A stretch of 64,000 nucleotides of DNA from Alphaproteobacteria bacterium. Its GTDB lineage: Bacteria > Pseudomonadota > Alphaproteobacteria > MPNO01. Shown piece by piece: positions 41,409-50,953 of the stretch. The notes under the pieces are model-generated. The model saw nothing but the letters and a program-made list of their open reading frames with translations, ran no database searches and had not been told where the DNA came from. The DNA is taken from positions 1,024,001 to 1,088,000 of the forward strand of contig CBDFLJ010000002.1 in the NCBI GenBank assembly GCA_965248835.1, given 5' to 3'. Every line of letters begins with the position of its first letter. Position 1 is the first letter of the stretch. The translations under genes were made by a program, and so were the position numbers.

Positions 41409-42464
41409 TCAGCCCTCGAGCAGGGAACGGATCCGGCTCACGGTGGCCCGCTGTTCCCGCTCCACAACAGCCGGGTTGGCCGCATCGGGCTCGCCGAAGG
41501 CGGCGGCCGCGCCTCTGGCGATCAGGGCATCGCGAACGCGTCTGGCATTGCGCGCCGGCCAGACCAGGCCGAGATGCGCCGCGCCGGTCAGCCCCGGCGC
41601 CGCGGCCAGGCGCGCCAGGCGCGCCAGACGCGCTAGCGGACCGGACAGAAGCGGGAGGTCGTAGATCTCGACCGGTCGGCCCGAGCCGACGGCTTCGGCA
41701 ATCATCGACACGCTGTCGCCGGTGACCACGAAGCGGTCGGCGAGCCGAAGCGTGCTCTGATAGAAATCGGCCTTCGGGTCTCGCCAGTCGTTGAGGATGA
41801 AGCTGCCCTCCAGCCCCGCCGCCAGGGCATCGGTTGCCGCCGGTCCGGTCCTGGGGCTGGTGCTGACCAGTAGCGTGCCGCCGTGCCGGGCGGCCGCGCG
41901 GCTGGCGCGGGCGGCGAGCTCCGCTGCCTCGGCCGGACCGAAGGCGAACGGCCGGGCCGGGCCGCCGACCAGGAGCGCGATCCACGGCCGCGGCCGCGGC
42001 GAAAAAATCTGTCGCCACGTCGTGACCGCTCGGTCGGGGACCTCCGCGGGACGTTGGAAAGGCAGTAGGTTGTGGACGATGTTGCTTCGTCGAGGCAGGC
42101 CGTATTGCGGCGTCGTCACGATGAGGTCGAAGAGGTGGAGCGGCGCTCGCGGCCGGCCAAGCTGCACGAGCCGGGTATGGCCGCCCGAGCGCGCGCGGAT
42201 CCATCTTGCGGCGGGCACGGACCGCTGTCCGGCGAAGACGACCAAGTCCGGCCAGGGCGGCGCCAATGCGCTCCTTGCGGCTCGGTCGAGCGACAGCCGG
42301 CTTGCGGGCAGCACCATGTTGGACACCCGCGACGGGCGGTTGAAGACGAGTTCCTTGAGCGCGAAGCGATAGCCGAGCGCTTCGACGAGCTGGCGCACCT
42401 GCGCGTTGTCCCCGGCGTTGCGGCCGAGCAGCCCCCAGACCAGCGGCCCGCCGGCAGCGGTCAC
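41409..42464 (-). CDS. ELM1/GtrOC1-family putative glycosyltransferase-like protein
   Basis: AGDNAQ, PWPDLV, LLVGG, STSPRT and VTGDSVSMIAEA motifs. Confidence 0.8.
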   Translation of the reverse strand: MTAAGGPLVWGLLGRNAGDNAQVRQLVEALGYRFALKELVFNRPSRVSNMVLPASRLSLDRAARSALAPPWPDLVVFAGQRSVPAARWIRARSGGHTRLVQLGRPRAPLHLFDLIVTTPQYGLPRRSNIVHNLLPFQRPAEVPDRAVTTWRQIFSPRPRPWIALLVGGPARPFAFGPAEAAELAARASRAAARHGGTLLVSTSPRTGPAATDALAAGLEGSFILNDWRDPKADFYQSTLRLADRFVVTGDSVSMIAEAVGSGRPVEIYDLPLLSGPLARLARLARLAAAPGLTGAAHLGLVWPARNARRVRDALIARGAAAAFGEPDAANPAVVEREQRATVSRIRSLLEG

Positions 42465-44188
42465 CTGATCGACGACGCTTTCGCCGGCCGGGAGAACGGG
42501 GCCATGCGCTCGATCCGCCCGTCCTCGAAGTGGTAGGCGCGCTCGGCGTATCCTTCCCAGACCGCGCTGTGGGTGATGACCAGGACCGCGATCTCATCGG
42601 CCAGCCCCGCGACCGTCGCGCAGATGCCGCGCTCGGTCGCCGGGTCGAGCCCGGCGGTTGCCTCGTCCAGGATCAGCAGGCGCGGCCGGCGCGCGAGCGC
42701 ACGGGCAAGCGAGATCCGCTGGCGTTGGCCGCCGGAGATCATCGTTCCGCGCTCGCCGACCGGGCTGTCGAGCCCGTCTTTCAGCGCGCACACGAAAATG
42801 TCCGCACCGGCGGCTTCGAGAGCCTGCCAGATCCGGTCCTCTCCGATCGCCGGATCCCCGAGCGTAACGTTGGCGCGGACCGTGTCGTTGAGCAGGATCG
42901 GCTCCTGCGGCACGTAGCCGATCTGGCGCCTCCAGCTTTCGAGATCGATCTCCTCCAGCGGCACGCCGTCGAGCATCACCCGCCCGCGGTCGGGCCGATA
43001 GAGCCCCAGCACCAGATCGCTGACTGTCGTCTTGCCGGCGCCCGACGGGCCGGTGACCACGGTCACGCCCCGCGCCGGCAACGCCATCGAAACATCGTTT
43101 AGTACCTGCCGGTCGCCATAGGCGAAACTCACCCCATCGAGCAGACAGCTCTCGTCGAACACCGCTTGGCGGATGCCGGTGATCGGCTCGCGCGCCGCCT
43201 CGACTTCTTCGATCAGGGCCTGAAGCGACAGATAGGAGCTCTCCAGCAGCAGGGTCTTCTGGAGCTGCTGCTGCATCCGCCCGACGCTGAGGATGGTCTG
43301 GAACATCAGCAGCCCGATGACGACGAGTTCAGCAAAGGCCACCTCCCAGACCGTCACGCCCAGATAGACCCCGACGCCGATGCAGATCGACGTCAGGATC
43401 TCCTGGGCGTTCTTCAGGGCGTGCTGGGAGATCACCTGGCGTCTGAGCGCATTGCGCAGCTTGGCGATCTTGTCCTCGCTCAGCCGGGCGATGCCGTCCT
43501 GGCGCGCCATCGCCTTCAGCGGCTTGATGTTGCCCAGCGCATCGCTCAGGTGGGCGACGAGCTCCGATGTGCGCTGGGTCTGCCGGAGCCCTGCCTTGCG
43601 GGTGATGCGCACCAGAACGCTGAGCGAGGCCGCGATCATCCCGCCGATGCACAATGCCAGCAGGGCGAGCTTCCACGACACCAGCACCGCGACCACCGTA
43701 TAGGCCGCGGTCTGGGCGCTGTGGCTGAGGAACGTGGCGGCCTGGAGGTAGGAGGCCCCGGCCCGCGTCGCATCGTTGCTGATCGCATTGGCGATCCGGC
43801 CGATCGGCTTTTGCGTGAAATAGCCCCAACGCGCGAGCAGAAGCTGATCGATCAGCCGGACGCGCATCCGGGTCGCGACCGTCGCCACGGTGTAGCCGAC
43901 ATAGCGCATCGCCAGCATCAGCACGACGCATTTCAGGACGATGCTGCCGACCACCAGGATGATCAGCGAATTGATTTCCGGCGTCAGGCCGACCGACGCG
44001 AAGCCGTCGCGCACCAAGCTCGTCAGCAGCGACGAATCGTTTTCCAGCCCACCGGTGACGAGCGAGAGCAACGGCAGCAGGCTGGCCCAGCCGACGCCGC
44101 CCAAAGCGCCTGCAGCGAACAGGCAGAGCAGCACCAGCCATGGCCGTGTGTCTTCGGCGCGAAAGAAAATGGTCAGGACTGCGCGCAC
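42461..44188 (-). CDS. ABC exporter, fused TMD-NBD (MsbA/PglK-like putative flippase)
   Basis: Six-TM N-terminal domain; GPSGAGKT, SGGQRQR, LDEAT. Confidence 0.88.
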   Translation of the reverse strand: MRAVLTIFFRAEDTRPWLVLLCLFAAGALGGVGWASLLPLLSLVTGGLENDSSLLTSLVRDGFASVGLTPEINSLIILVVGSIVLKCVVLMLAMRYVGYTVATVATRMRVRLIDQLLLARWGYFTQKPIGRIANAISNDATRAGASYLQAATFLSHSAQTAAYTVVAVLVSWKLALLALCIGGMIAASLSVLVRITRKAGLRQTQRTSELVAHLSDALGNIKPLKAMARQDGIARLSEDKIAKLRNALRRQVISQHALKNAQEILTSICIGVGVYLGVTVWEVAFAELVVIGLLMFQTILSVGRMQQQLQKTLLLESSYLSLQALIEEVEAAREPITGIRQAVFDESCLLDGVSFAYGDRQVLNDVSMALPARGVTVVTGPSGAGKTTVSDLVLGLYRPDRGRVMLDGVPLEEIDLESWRRQIGYVPQEPILLNDTVRANVTLGDPAIGEDRIWQALEAAGADIFVCALKDGLDSPVGERGTMISGGQRQRISLARALARRPRLLILDEATAGLDPATERGICATVAGLADEIAVLVITHSAVWEGYAERAYHFEDGRIERMAPFSRPAKASSIR

Positions 44189-44224
44189 GGCTCTATTGGC
44201 CCGGTCTGGGGAGACGGTTCGGCA

Positions 44225-45259
44225 TCACGCGAAATCTTCCTCGGCAAGCGGCGCGTTCCGCTTGACAGGCCGCGCGAGCAGCCGCCCGACGAACTCGTCG
44301 TGGCGCGAGACGGGGATGCCCGTACCTGGCTTGCGTGCCGACAGCCCAGCACCGGTCAGCGTCTCGCCCGCCGCAAGGTCGCGTGCGGCAACCAGGCTTT
44401 TCATGAAGATCCGGCGCAACGGCTCCGCCGCCTCGGCGACGGCGGACTTGTCGACGGGATTGGCGCACATCGCCTCGGCGAAGCGCACACCGCGGACCAG
44501 CTCGGACAGCTCTTCGGTGGTCAGCGATGCCGCCACGTCCGGTCCGAAGGCACGGCGCGACAGCGTCAGGTGCACCTCGATCACCTGGGCGCCGAGATAA
44601 GCGGCGCAAACGCCGGGGAAGATCGTCGCCGAATGGTCCGACAGCCCGACCGCGATCCCGTAGCGCTCACGGAATGCCGCCAGCAGGTTGAGGCCGACAT
44701 GCTCGGCTGTCGTCGGATACACCGAGGCGCATTGCAGCAGTGCCACCGGGGCGTCCGCTTCCCTGATCCGCGCCAGCGCCGCATCGACCTCATCGAGCGC
44801 GCTCATGCCGGTCGACAGGATGACCGGCTTGCCCGAAGCGGCCATGGCGTCCAGCATCGGGAGGTTGGTGATCTCGCCCGAGGCAACCTTCCAGCCGGCG
44901 ACGCCGATGCGTGCGAGCAACGCGAAGGCCTCCATCGAGAACGGCGAGCTGAGAAACAACAGCCCGGCGTCGGCGGCGTGGCGCTCGAGCCCGACCCATT
45001 GGTTTTCGGTGAACTCCATCCGCCGCCAATAGTCGTAGCGGGTCTCGTCCTGCCGGCTGAACCGGGTCCGCCACGGCTCCTCGGGCGAGCTTTCGGCGTC
45101 GGCGATGTGGGTCTGGAACTTGACCGCCGAAGCGCCCGCTTCGGCTGCCGCGTCGATCATCGCGTGCGCCGTCCCGAGGCTGCCGTCATGGGCCTGGGCG
45201 ATCTCGGCGATGACCGTGCAAGGCGCAGTCGGGCCGGGCGCATCGAGCCAGGTCGTCAT
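44225..45259 (-). CDS. neuB: N-acetylneuraminate/nonulosonate synthase family
   Basis: IAEIAQAHDG, KFQTH, LSTGMS, GLSDH and a C-terminal SAF domain (KPGTGI). Confidence 0.9.
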   Translation of the reverse strand: MTTWLDAPGPTAPCTVIAEIAQAHDGSLGTAHAMIDAAAEAGASAVKFQTHIADAESSPEEPWRTRFSRQDETRYDYWRRMEFTENQWVGLERHAADAGLLFLSSPFSMEAFALLARIGVAGWKVASGEITNLPMLDAMAASGKPVILSTGMSALDEVDAALARIREADAPVALLQCASVYPTTAEHVGLNLLAAFRERYGIAVGLSDHSATIFPGVCAAYLGAQVIEVHLTLSRRAFGPDVAASLTTEELSELVRGVRFAEAMCANPVDKSAVAEAAEPLRRIFMKSLVAARDLAAGETLTGAGLSARKPGTGIPVSRHDEFVGRLLARPVKRNAPLAEEDFA

Positions 45260-45285
45260 CGGTTCCTCTCCCACGGTGCCCGCCC

Positions 45286-45972
45286 CTAGCGCTCGATCAG
45301 GCGGCGGACCGCATCGAGATCCTCCGCGCTGTCGATACTGATGGCGGGGCCCTCGATTATACAGGCTTTTGCCCGCCGGCCATGGACGCTGTGGGTGGCG
45401 CGGAAGGCTTCGGTCCGCACCGCGTAGCACAGACCGTTGCGCACATAGGTCGGCGCGAGCGTTTGGCGGTTGATGTTGGGCCGCGCCCCGGGGAAGCGGA
45501 ACCGTGCCGCCCCGTCCGCGCCGACCGCGTATTGCTTCAGGCCGTGGAGGTGAACGGGGACCGGGCTCACGGTGAAGGCGGCATCCCAGCCCTCTTCCTC
45601 GGCGGCTTCCACGACCTCGCGCACGGTCCCGGGCGTCCTAAGCGGCGAGGTCGGCTCGATCAGGCAGAGCGTGTCGAACCGCTCGCCGCGCCCGTCGAAC
45701 GCATCGAGCGTAAAGGCGATCGCATCGGCGACAAGGCTATCATCGGCGGCAAGCCCCGGCGGGCGCAGGAAAGGGGTCTCGATGCCTGCCGCGGCGGCGG
45801 CCTCGGCGTAGCCCGCGCTGTCGGTCGACACATAGACCCGTGCGAACAGGTCGGCCTGAACGGCACAGTGGACCGCGCGGGCCAGCAACGATTGTCCGGC
45901 CACTTCTTTCAAGTTCTTGTCCGGAAGCCCCTTGCTGCCGCTGCGAGCGGGGATGATCGCAATCCGCCTCAT
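45286..45972 (-). CDS. neuA: CMP-nonulosonate synthetase (cytidylyltransferase)
   Basis: IPARSGSKGLPDKN, VSTD, PTSPLR, SIDSAED. Confidence 0.9.
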   Translation of the reverse strand: MRRIAIIPARSGSKGLPDKNLKEVAGQSLLARAVHCAVQADLFARVYVSTDSAGYAEAAAAAGIETPFLRPPGLAADDSLVADAIAFTLDAFDGRGERFDTLCLIEPTSPLRTPGTVREVVEAAEEEGWDAAFTVSPVPVHLHGLKQYAVGADGAARFRFPGARPNINRQTLAPTYVRNGLCYAVRTEAFRATHSVHGRRAKACIIEGPAISIDSAEDLDAVRRLIER

Positions 45973-45987
45973 CGGGTAGGCCGCTCA
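45800..45987. repeat. 188-bp direct repeat A, copy 1 (neuA 5' end plus upstream)
   Basis: Matches 47927-48114 with 6 mismatches by manual alignment. Confidence 0.95.
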
Positions 45988-47349
45988 ACTCGTGACCTCG
46001 AATATGCCTTCCGAAAGGCGGCGCGTCCGCACCCCTCCGAAACGGCCGAGCAACAGCCCCAGCCGGCCAACGCGCTCCTCAACTGCTTCCAGCGTAACCC
46101 CAGGAAAACGGCGGCTCTCGTAGACGGTCCAGTTCTTGCTGCCGACGACGTGGGAGTTGGCGATCTTCTGGCCGGCGCGGACCTTGGCGCGCACCGCGCC
46201 GCCGAGCCGAGACCACGCCGAGGGCGCGGCCCCGTCGGGCGCGCTGTCCGGCCGCAGGACGATCTCGGTGATCCGCTCGGCGGCGAGCTTGCCGTTGGAC
46301 GGCGCGAGATGCCGGCCGAGCGTCTCCTCCTGGAGGGGGGTCCGCCGTTCGGGCGCCGATCCGTCGAGGAAGGCGTCGATGTGTCCGATCAGCTCATTGA
46401 CGTCGAAGGCGGCGACGCTGAGCGAATCGGGCAGATGCCGGTCGAACTGCTCGGAAACGATGGGCTTGTAGGTCACCGCCGGCCGGTCGAGCAGGAAAGC
46501 CTCGACCGCGGTCGTGCACCCGTTATGGACAACGACCTCGCTCGCCATGATCCAGGGAATGACGCTGTCCTCGTGGACGACCTCGACATTGGTGCGGCCC
46601 TCCGCGGCCCGCCTCCAGATTTCGTGGCTCTCGGCCGGGTGCGGGCGGACAACCACCGTTTTGTCGGGGAAGGCGCGCGCAAGGCCCGGGATCATCTGCT
46701 GGAACCGTGAGAACAGATCCTCGCGGTGGAGCGCGAGTTCGTAGTCCCAGCTCGTGTCCTTCTCGCCGAGATCGGCTGCCAGCTCCTTCGAATCGATGGT
46801 GCGTCTGGCCAGGAAGTGGTTCGAGTGGCCGAAACTGGTGTTGACCAGGATGAAGCGCCCGAACCGCCGGCCCAGCGCGTCGGCTTCCGCGCGATAGAAC
46901 TCTCGCAGTTCGGGACGCAACATGTCGAAGCGCGGGTTTCCGGTCTCGTGGATCGGCTGGCCGGTATAGAAGGGATACGCGCGCAGGGTCTCGGCGTCTT
47001 CGGCGCCCCAGGCGAACCAGCAAGCGACTTGGTTCAGGGCCTCGGGCGAGACCCGCATCTTGTAGTAGTGCGCCGGGGGATAACGCACGAGTCCTTCCTC
47101 GTCCCAGCCGAGAACCCGGTGCCCGAGGGCTTGGAGGATCTTCAGGATGCGGACCTTGCTCTGCCGGACATCCTTGGCGAGGTATATGCCGCGCGGGAAG
47201 GTGTCGATCCTGCGGTGCATCCGGGTCTGCGAGCCGAGGACGACGCGAAACCCCGCCTCGGCGGCAACGCACGACAGCAGCAGCTTGGAATCGAACTCCC
47301 GCACCTGGGTCTCGACCGGCATCAGCAGCGTCGTTCCGGAAGCGGACAT
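45985..47349 (-). CDS. surface carbohydrate biosynthesis protein (TIGR04396-like)
   Basis: PVETQVREFDSK, WDEEGL, TGNPRFD, RPHPAE and HNGCTTAVE motifs. Confidence 0.75.
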   Translation of the reverse strand: MSASGTTLLMPVETQVREFDSKLLLSCVAAEAGFRVVLGSQTRMHRRIDTFPRGIYLAKDVRQSKVRILKILQALGHRVLGWDEEGLVRYPPAHYYKMRVSPEALNQVACWFAWGAEDAETLRAYPFYTGQPIHETGNPRFDMLRPELREFYRAEADALGRRFGRFILVNTSFGHSNHFLARRTIDSKELAADLGEKDTSWDYELALHREDLFSRFQQMIPGLARAFPDKTVVVRPHPAESHEIWRRAAEGRTNVEVVHEDSVIPWIMASEVVVHNGCTTAVEAFLLDRPAVTYKPIVSEQFDRHLPDSLSVAAFDVNELIGHIDAFLDGSAPERRTPLQEETLGRHLAPSNGKLAAERITEIVLRPDSAPDGAAPSAWSRLGGAVRAKVRAGQKIANSHVVGSKNWTVYESRRFPGVTLEAVEERVGRLGLLLGRFGGVRTRRLSEGIFEVTS

Positions 47350-47575
47350 CGTTTTCCAAACTTAGGTTTGGCCACCTTCTCGGTAGGCATTTTTCATACG
47401 GCCGCAAGGTATTAGCATCCCCGACCGCGGCGCGGAAGGGTGTTCTCCGGCCCTCGAATGGCACCGGCCCGCCGGCCGTGCTAAACAGAAACGGTCACAA
47501 ATAGTGCGATCGCGGGAAAGAATAAGGAACCATGACGGAATTGCCTCTGCGAAGGAAATCGCCGGGAGCCCGGGG

Positions 47576-47928
47576 CTGAACGCGATGGTCCGGAAAATCT
47601 GCGTCGTCGTCACTGCGCGGCCGTCTTATTCGCGCATCCGCACCGCGCTGGAGGCGATGCGCGCCCATCCCGGCATCGAATTGCAGCTCGTCGTCGCGGC
47701 GTCCGCTCTGCTCGAGCGCTACGGCAACGCGCTGGACGTGATCGAGGCCGAAGGCTTCACCATAGACCGGCGCGTCTACATGGTGCTCGAGGGCGAGAAC
47801 CTGGTGACATCTGCCAAGTCGACCGGGCTCGGACTGTCCGAGTTCGCGACGGTCTTCGACGACCTCAAGCCCGACGTGGTGGTCTCGATCGCCGATCGGT
47901 TCGAGACACTCGCGACCGCGACGGCCGC
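47576..47928. repeat. ~353-bp direct repeat C, copy 1 (neuC 5' end)
   Basis: Matches 54749-55101 with about 10 mismatches by manual alignment. Confidence 0.95.
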
Positions 47929-47938
47929 CTCGGCGTAG
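47585..47938 (+). pseudogene. neuC: truncated neuC (first ~115 codons)
   Basis: Near-identical to the 54758 ORF up to ATATAA, then joins antisense neuA sequence and stops. Confidence 0.9.
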
Positions 47939-48114
47939 CCTGCGCTGTCGGTCGACACATAGACCCGTGCGAACAGGTCGGCCTGAACGGCACAGTGGAC
48001 GGCGCGGGCCAGCAACGATTGTCCGGCCACTTCTTTCAGGTTCTTGTCCGGAAGCCCCTTGCTGCCGCTGCGGGCGGGAATGATCGCAATCCGCCTCATC
48101 GGGTGGGCCGCTCA
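47927..48114 (-). pseudogene. neuA: truncated neuA 5' copy (direct repeat A, copy 2)
   Basis: Protein identical to 45286-45972 up to AGYAEAA, then runs into antisense neuC. Confidence 0.9.
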
Positions 48115-50175
48115 GCTCAAAACCTCCAGCCGCCGCTCGGCCTGCCAGTCGACGCGTGGAACCTCGGCGAACCGGGCGCGGCGCCAGAACCGCTTCACCG
48201 GATAGCGCGAGATCAGCATCGTCAGTCCGGCGATGTCCGCACCGTAAAACGCGAGCTCGCGCCGAATGGTCTCGCGCTGCTTTTCGTTATGGCGGATCGA
48301 AAGCCGCACCGGGTAATGCAGGTCCTCCAGTGTGTAGCCGTCGCGGGCGAACGCCGGGTCGTGGATCAGCCTCAGCAGGTCGTAGGAGAAGGTCTCCTCG
48401 GTGCCTTCGTCGGGGTCGAAAAGGTTGAGCTTCTGCAGGTGCGAGAAGCGCTCGAGCGCATCGACCGCCTCTTCGCAATCCACGGATTCGGCGGCGAGGA
48501 ATTTACGCAGATAGGCAAAGGCCGCGGCGTGTAGCGCCGGGAAATGCTCGACGATCGATTTGGCGCGGTACTTGTAGATGATGTTGCCGCCGACCTCGCC
48601 GCTGGCATAGAGGTCGACCTCGCGCGAGACGTCCTCGATGAGCTGTTCGGGCGTATCCCACAGCTCGCCGGCCGTATCCCGGCTGAAGTTGTCATAGAGC
48701 TGCCCAATCCCAGGATCGAGCACCTCGCGGTCGCCGTGGATCATCTTGATCCAGTCGAAGGTCGACAGGCCAAGCAGCCTCAGGAGCGCATGGATCTCGC
48801 CGAAGATGCGGTCGTTGTAGAACATCCCGACCGTCAAGTAGAGCCGGCGCATGTCCATGTAATCCTCGAAGCTGAGCGTGTTCGAGGCCACCGCGATCTC
48901 CTCGATCTCGACAGCCGCGAACTCCTCGCCGAGGAAGCTGCAGCGCGAGACGCAGCGCTGGATCGGGCGGAACTCGGACCGGTAGGCATGGCGCTCGCGC
49001 GTCGCCCGGCTGTTGAGCTCGGTTCCGTGGATCAGGGCGAGCTGGTGCTGGGTGATGTTGCCGATGCCGATCTGCATCAGCCCGTCGATGCTCGCCTCGT
49101 GGCGGGCGACCGAATCGTTGGGCAGCGCGAGGATGATCTCGGAGTAGGCGTGAGTGTCGGTCTCGCTGGTCTCGTCGGAGACGTACATCAGCGCATCGAG
49201 CGAGATGTTCGCGCGCTTGACCGCGCCCAGCACGTCGGGGTCGAGAGACTGCACTGAGGCGGTCAGCCGCATCGCCCCGTTGAGCAGCTCGTTGCACTTG
49301 AGCACGCGCTCCTTACGGTTCTTCCCGGTCGAGCACATGATGTATTCGGGATAGCCGGTCTCGGCCTGGAGGTTGCCGAGAAAGGCGCAAAAGTCCTGGT
49401 CCTCCTCGAACATGCCGAAATTGGAATCGGTCACCCGTAGAGTGCGCGTGTGCTTGACCCGATCGACGATGTAGCCGACCTCGGCGACCTTGCGCTCCTG
49501 GGTGCTCTTGAAGACCTTGTTGTAGTAGCTCCCGCCCTCGGTACAGAACGTGCAGGTGAACGGGCAGCCGCGGTTGGTTTGGACCGTTGGCACCAGCTTC
49601 TGGTCGAAGAAGGAGTCCATCAGCCCGGTGATGTAGGGCGAGGGGACCGCGGCGAGGTCGCGGATCCGCGGCGCGGTCTCGCCGAAGAACGGCGCACCAT
49701 CGATCAGCGCGTGGCAGCTCGGAAGCTTCGCCCGCTTGGCCGCCTCGATGTCGCCGCCGTCGAGCAGGAACTTCACCAGGCCGGCGAACGGCACCTCGCC
49801 GTCCTTGTAGATATAGATGTCGAATTCCGGGTAGTCGGCGAGGAACTTGACCTGGTCCTCGTGCTCGTCGGGATAGTTGGGCCCGCCGCCGACGACGATG
49901 GTCTCTGGGTGGTGGCGTTTGAGAATCTCGATCGTCTTGTAGCCGAGGTCGATGTTCCAGATGTAGTTCGACACGCCGACCAGGAACGGTGGGGCTTCGC
50001 GCACGGCTTCCTCGAAGTCGGCGATGAACTTGAAGATCCGGACATCCACCCGGTCGGCGAGTTCGCCCTGGCAATAGGCGCCGACCAGTCCGAGCTGGAG
50101 CGGCATCGTGTCGCTGCCGAGCCCCAGCCTGCTGTCGTGGGCCAGATCGATCAGGTAGATCGGCGTCATCGCCAT
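48112..50175 (-). CDS. cobalamin-binding radical SAM protein
   Basis: N-terminal B12-binding domain (GVSNYIWN, GGPN, DGE), RGCPFTCTFC cluster motif, DSNFG. Confidence 0.9.
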   Translation of the reverse strand: MAMTPIYLIDLAHDSRLGLGSDTMPLQLGLVGAYCQGELADRVDVRIFKFIADFEEAVREAPPFLVGVSNYIWNIDLGYKTIEILKRHHPETIVVGGGPNYPDEHEDQVKFLADYPEFDIYIYKDGEVPFAGLVKFLLDGGDIEAAKRAKLPSCHALIDGAPFFGETAPRIRDLAAVPSPYITGLMDSFFDQKLVPTVQTNRGCPFTCTFCTEGGSYYNKVFKSTQERKVAEVGYIVDRVKHTRTLRVTDSNFGMFEEDQDFCAFLGNLQAETGYPEYIMCSTGKNRKERVLKCNELLNGAMRLTASVQSLDPDVLGAVKRANISLDALMYVSDETSETDTHAYSEIILALPNDSVARHEASIDGLMQIGIGNITQHQLALIHGTELNSRATRERHAYRSEFRPIQRCVSRCSFLGEEFAAVEIEEIAVASNTLSFEDYMDMRRLYLTVGMFYNDRIFGEIHALLRLLGLSTFDWIKMIHGDREVLDPGIGQLYDNFSRDTAGELWDTPEQLIEDVSREVDLYASGEVGGNIIYKYRAKSIVEHFPALHAAAFAYLRKFLAAESVDCEEAVDALERFSHLQKLNLFDPDEGTEETFSYDLLRLIHDPAFARDGYTLEDLHYPVRLSIRHNEKQRETIRRELAFYGADIAGLTMLISRYPVKRFWRRARFAEVPRVDWQAERRLEVLS

Positions 50176-50704
50176 CTTCGCTCTGCCGTTGCGGGCCGCG
50201 GTCCCACACCCCGTGGCGACAGGCCATCGGCGCAGTCTGCCTTCACCGGGCGGTCACATTCGGAAGCGGTCTGACAGAGAAATTAGCATGCCAGCGTTTA
50301 GCGAGAAAGTGCTGTTCTGGTTCATGACATATGAGACGGTGGGGTTTCTTTGGCTGTTCGTTGAGCAAGATATTCGCCGGGCGTTGACCGCGTTCGAGGC
50401 CACCACGGCGGTCGGGATGCGCCGCATCCCGGCTGGCCGGATATCGCCTTGTTAGCCACCGGCCATCATGTTAGTTGTGCGGATGGGGCTCGAAGGAGAC
50501 GGGGAGTCGACCGCCTCCAGGAACTGGGACGGTGTTCCAGCAAAGTCCCGCGGCGGATGGACCGGCGAACGAGATCCGGCAAGACCGAGCCTCTGATGCG
50601 TTTGCCGAACAAGCAAGAGCGTTGAAGGCCATCGGAAGCAGCACCTTGAGTCGACTGACGGGGCGATGTTCCGACGGCTTGCGTGACTATGGGCGTTTCC
50701 GGCG

Positions 50705-50953
50705 ATGAAACACGCTGCGGTCATGTTCCATCATTTCTTCGGGCGCGGCCATCCCAGGGGACAGGGCGCGATCGGCGCAGAAGACCTCGCAGAGCTCATC
50801 GAGCGGCACGGCAGGGACAACTTCGTGCCGCCGCGCGATTGGATGCTCGGTCATGGGCGGGGCCGGCAACCGGACAACGCCCTCTGCCTGACATTCGACG
50901 ACGGGTTGCGCTGTCAACTCGATGTCGCCCTACCCGTGCTCGAGCACTATAAA
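50705..50953 (+). pseudogene. polysaccharide deacetylase 5' fragment interrupted by IS1380
   Basis: VMFHH and CLTFDDG...ALPVLEHY motifs; the sequence switches to the IS end at 50954. Confidence 0.75.

Noticed and set aside
41602-41636. 9-bp repeats encoding LARLARLARLA as a contingency locus
   Set aside because: Only about three imperfect in-frame units; no frameshifting potential.
47776-48099. 107-aa ORF as a functional short NeuA
   Set aside because: The C-terminal half is antisense neuC sequence created by the fusion junction.
50180-50700. Possible ncRNA or cobalamin riboswitch upstream of the B12 radical SAM gene
   Set aside because: I could not find a B12-box consensus or a convincing structure by eye; an Rfam/Infernal scan would settle it.
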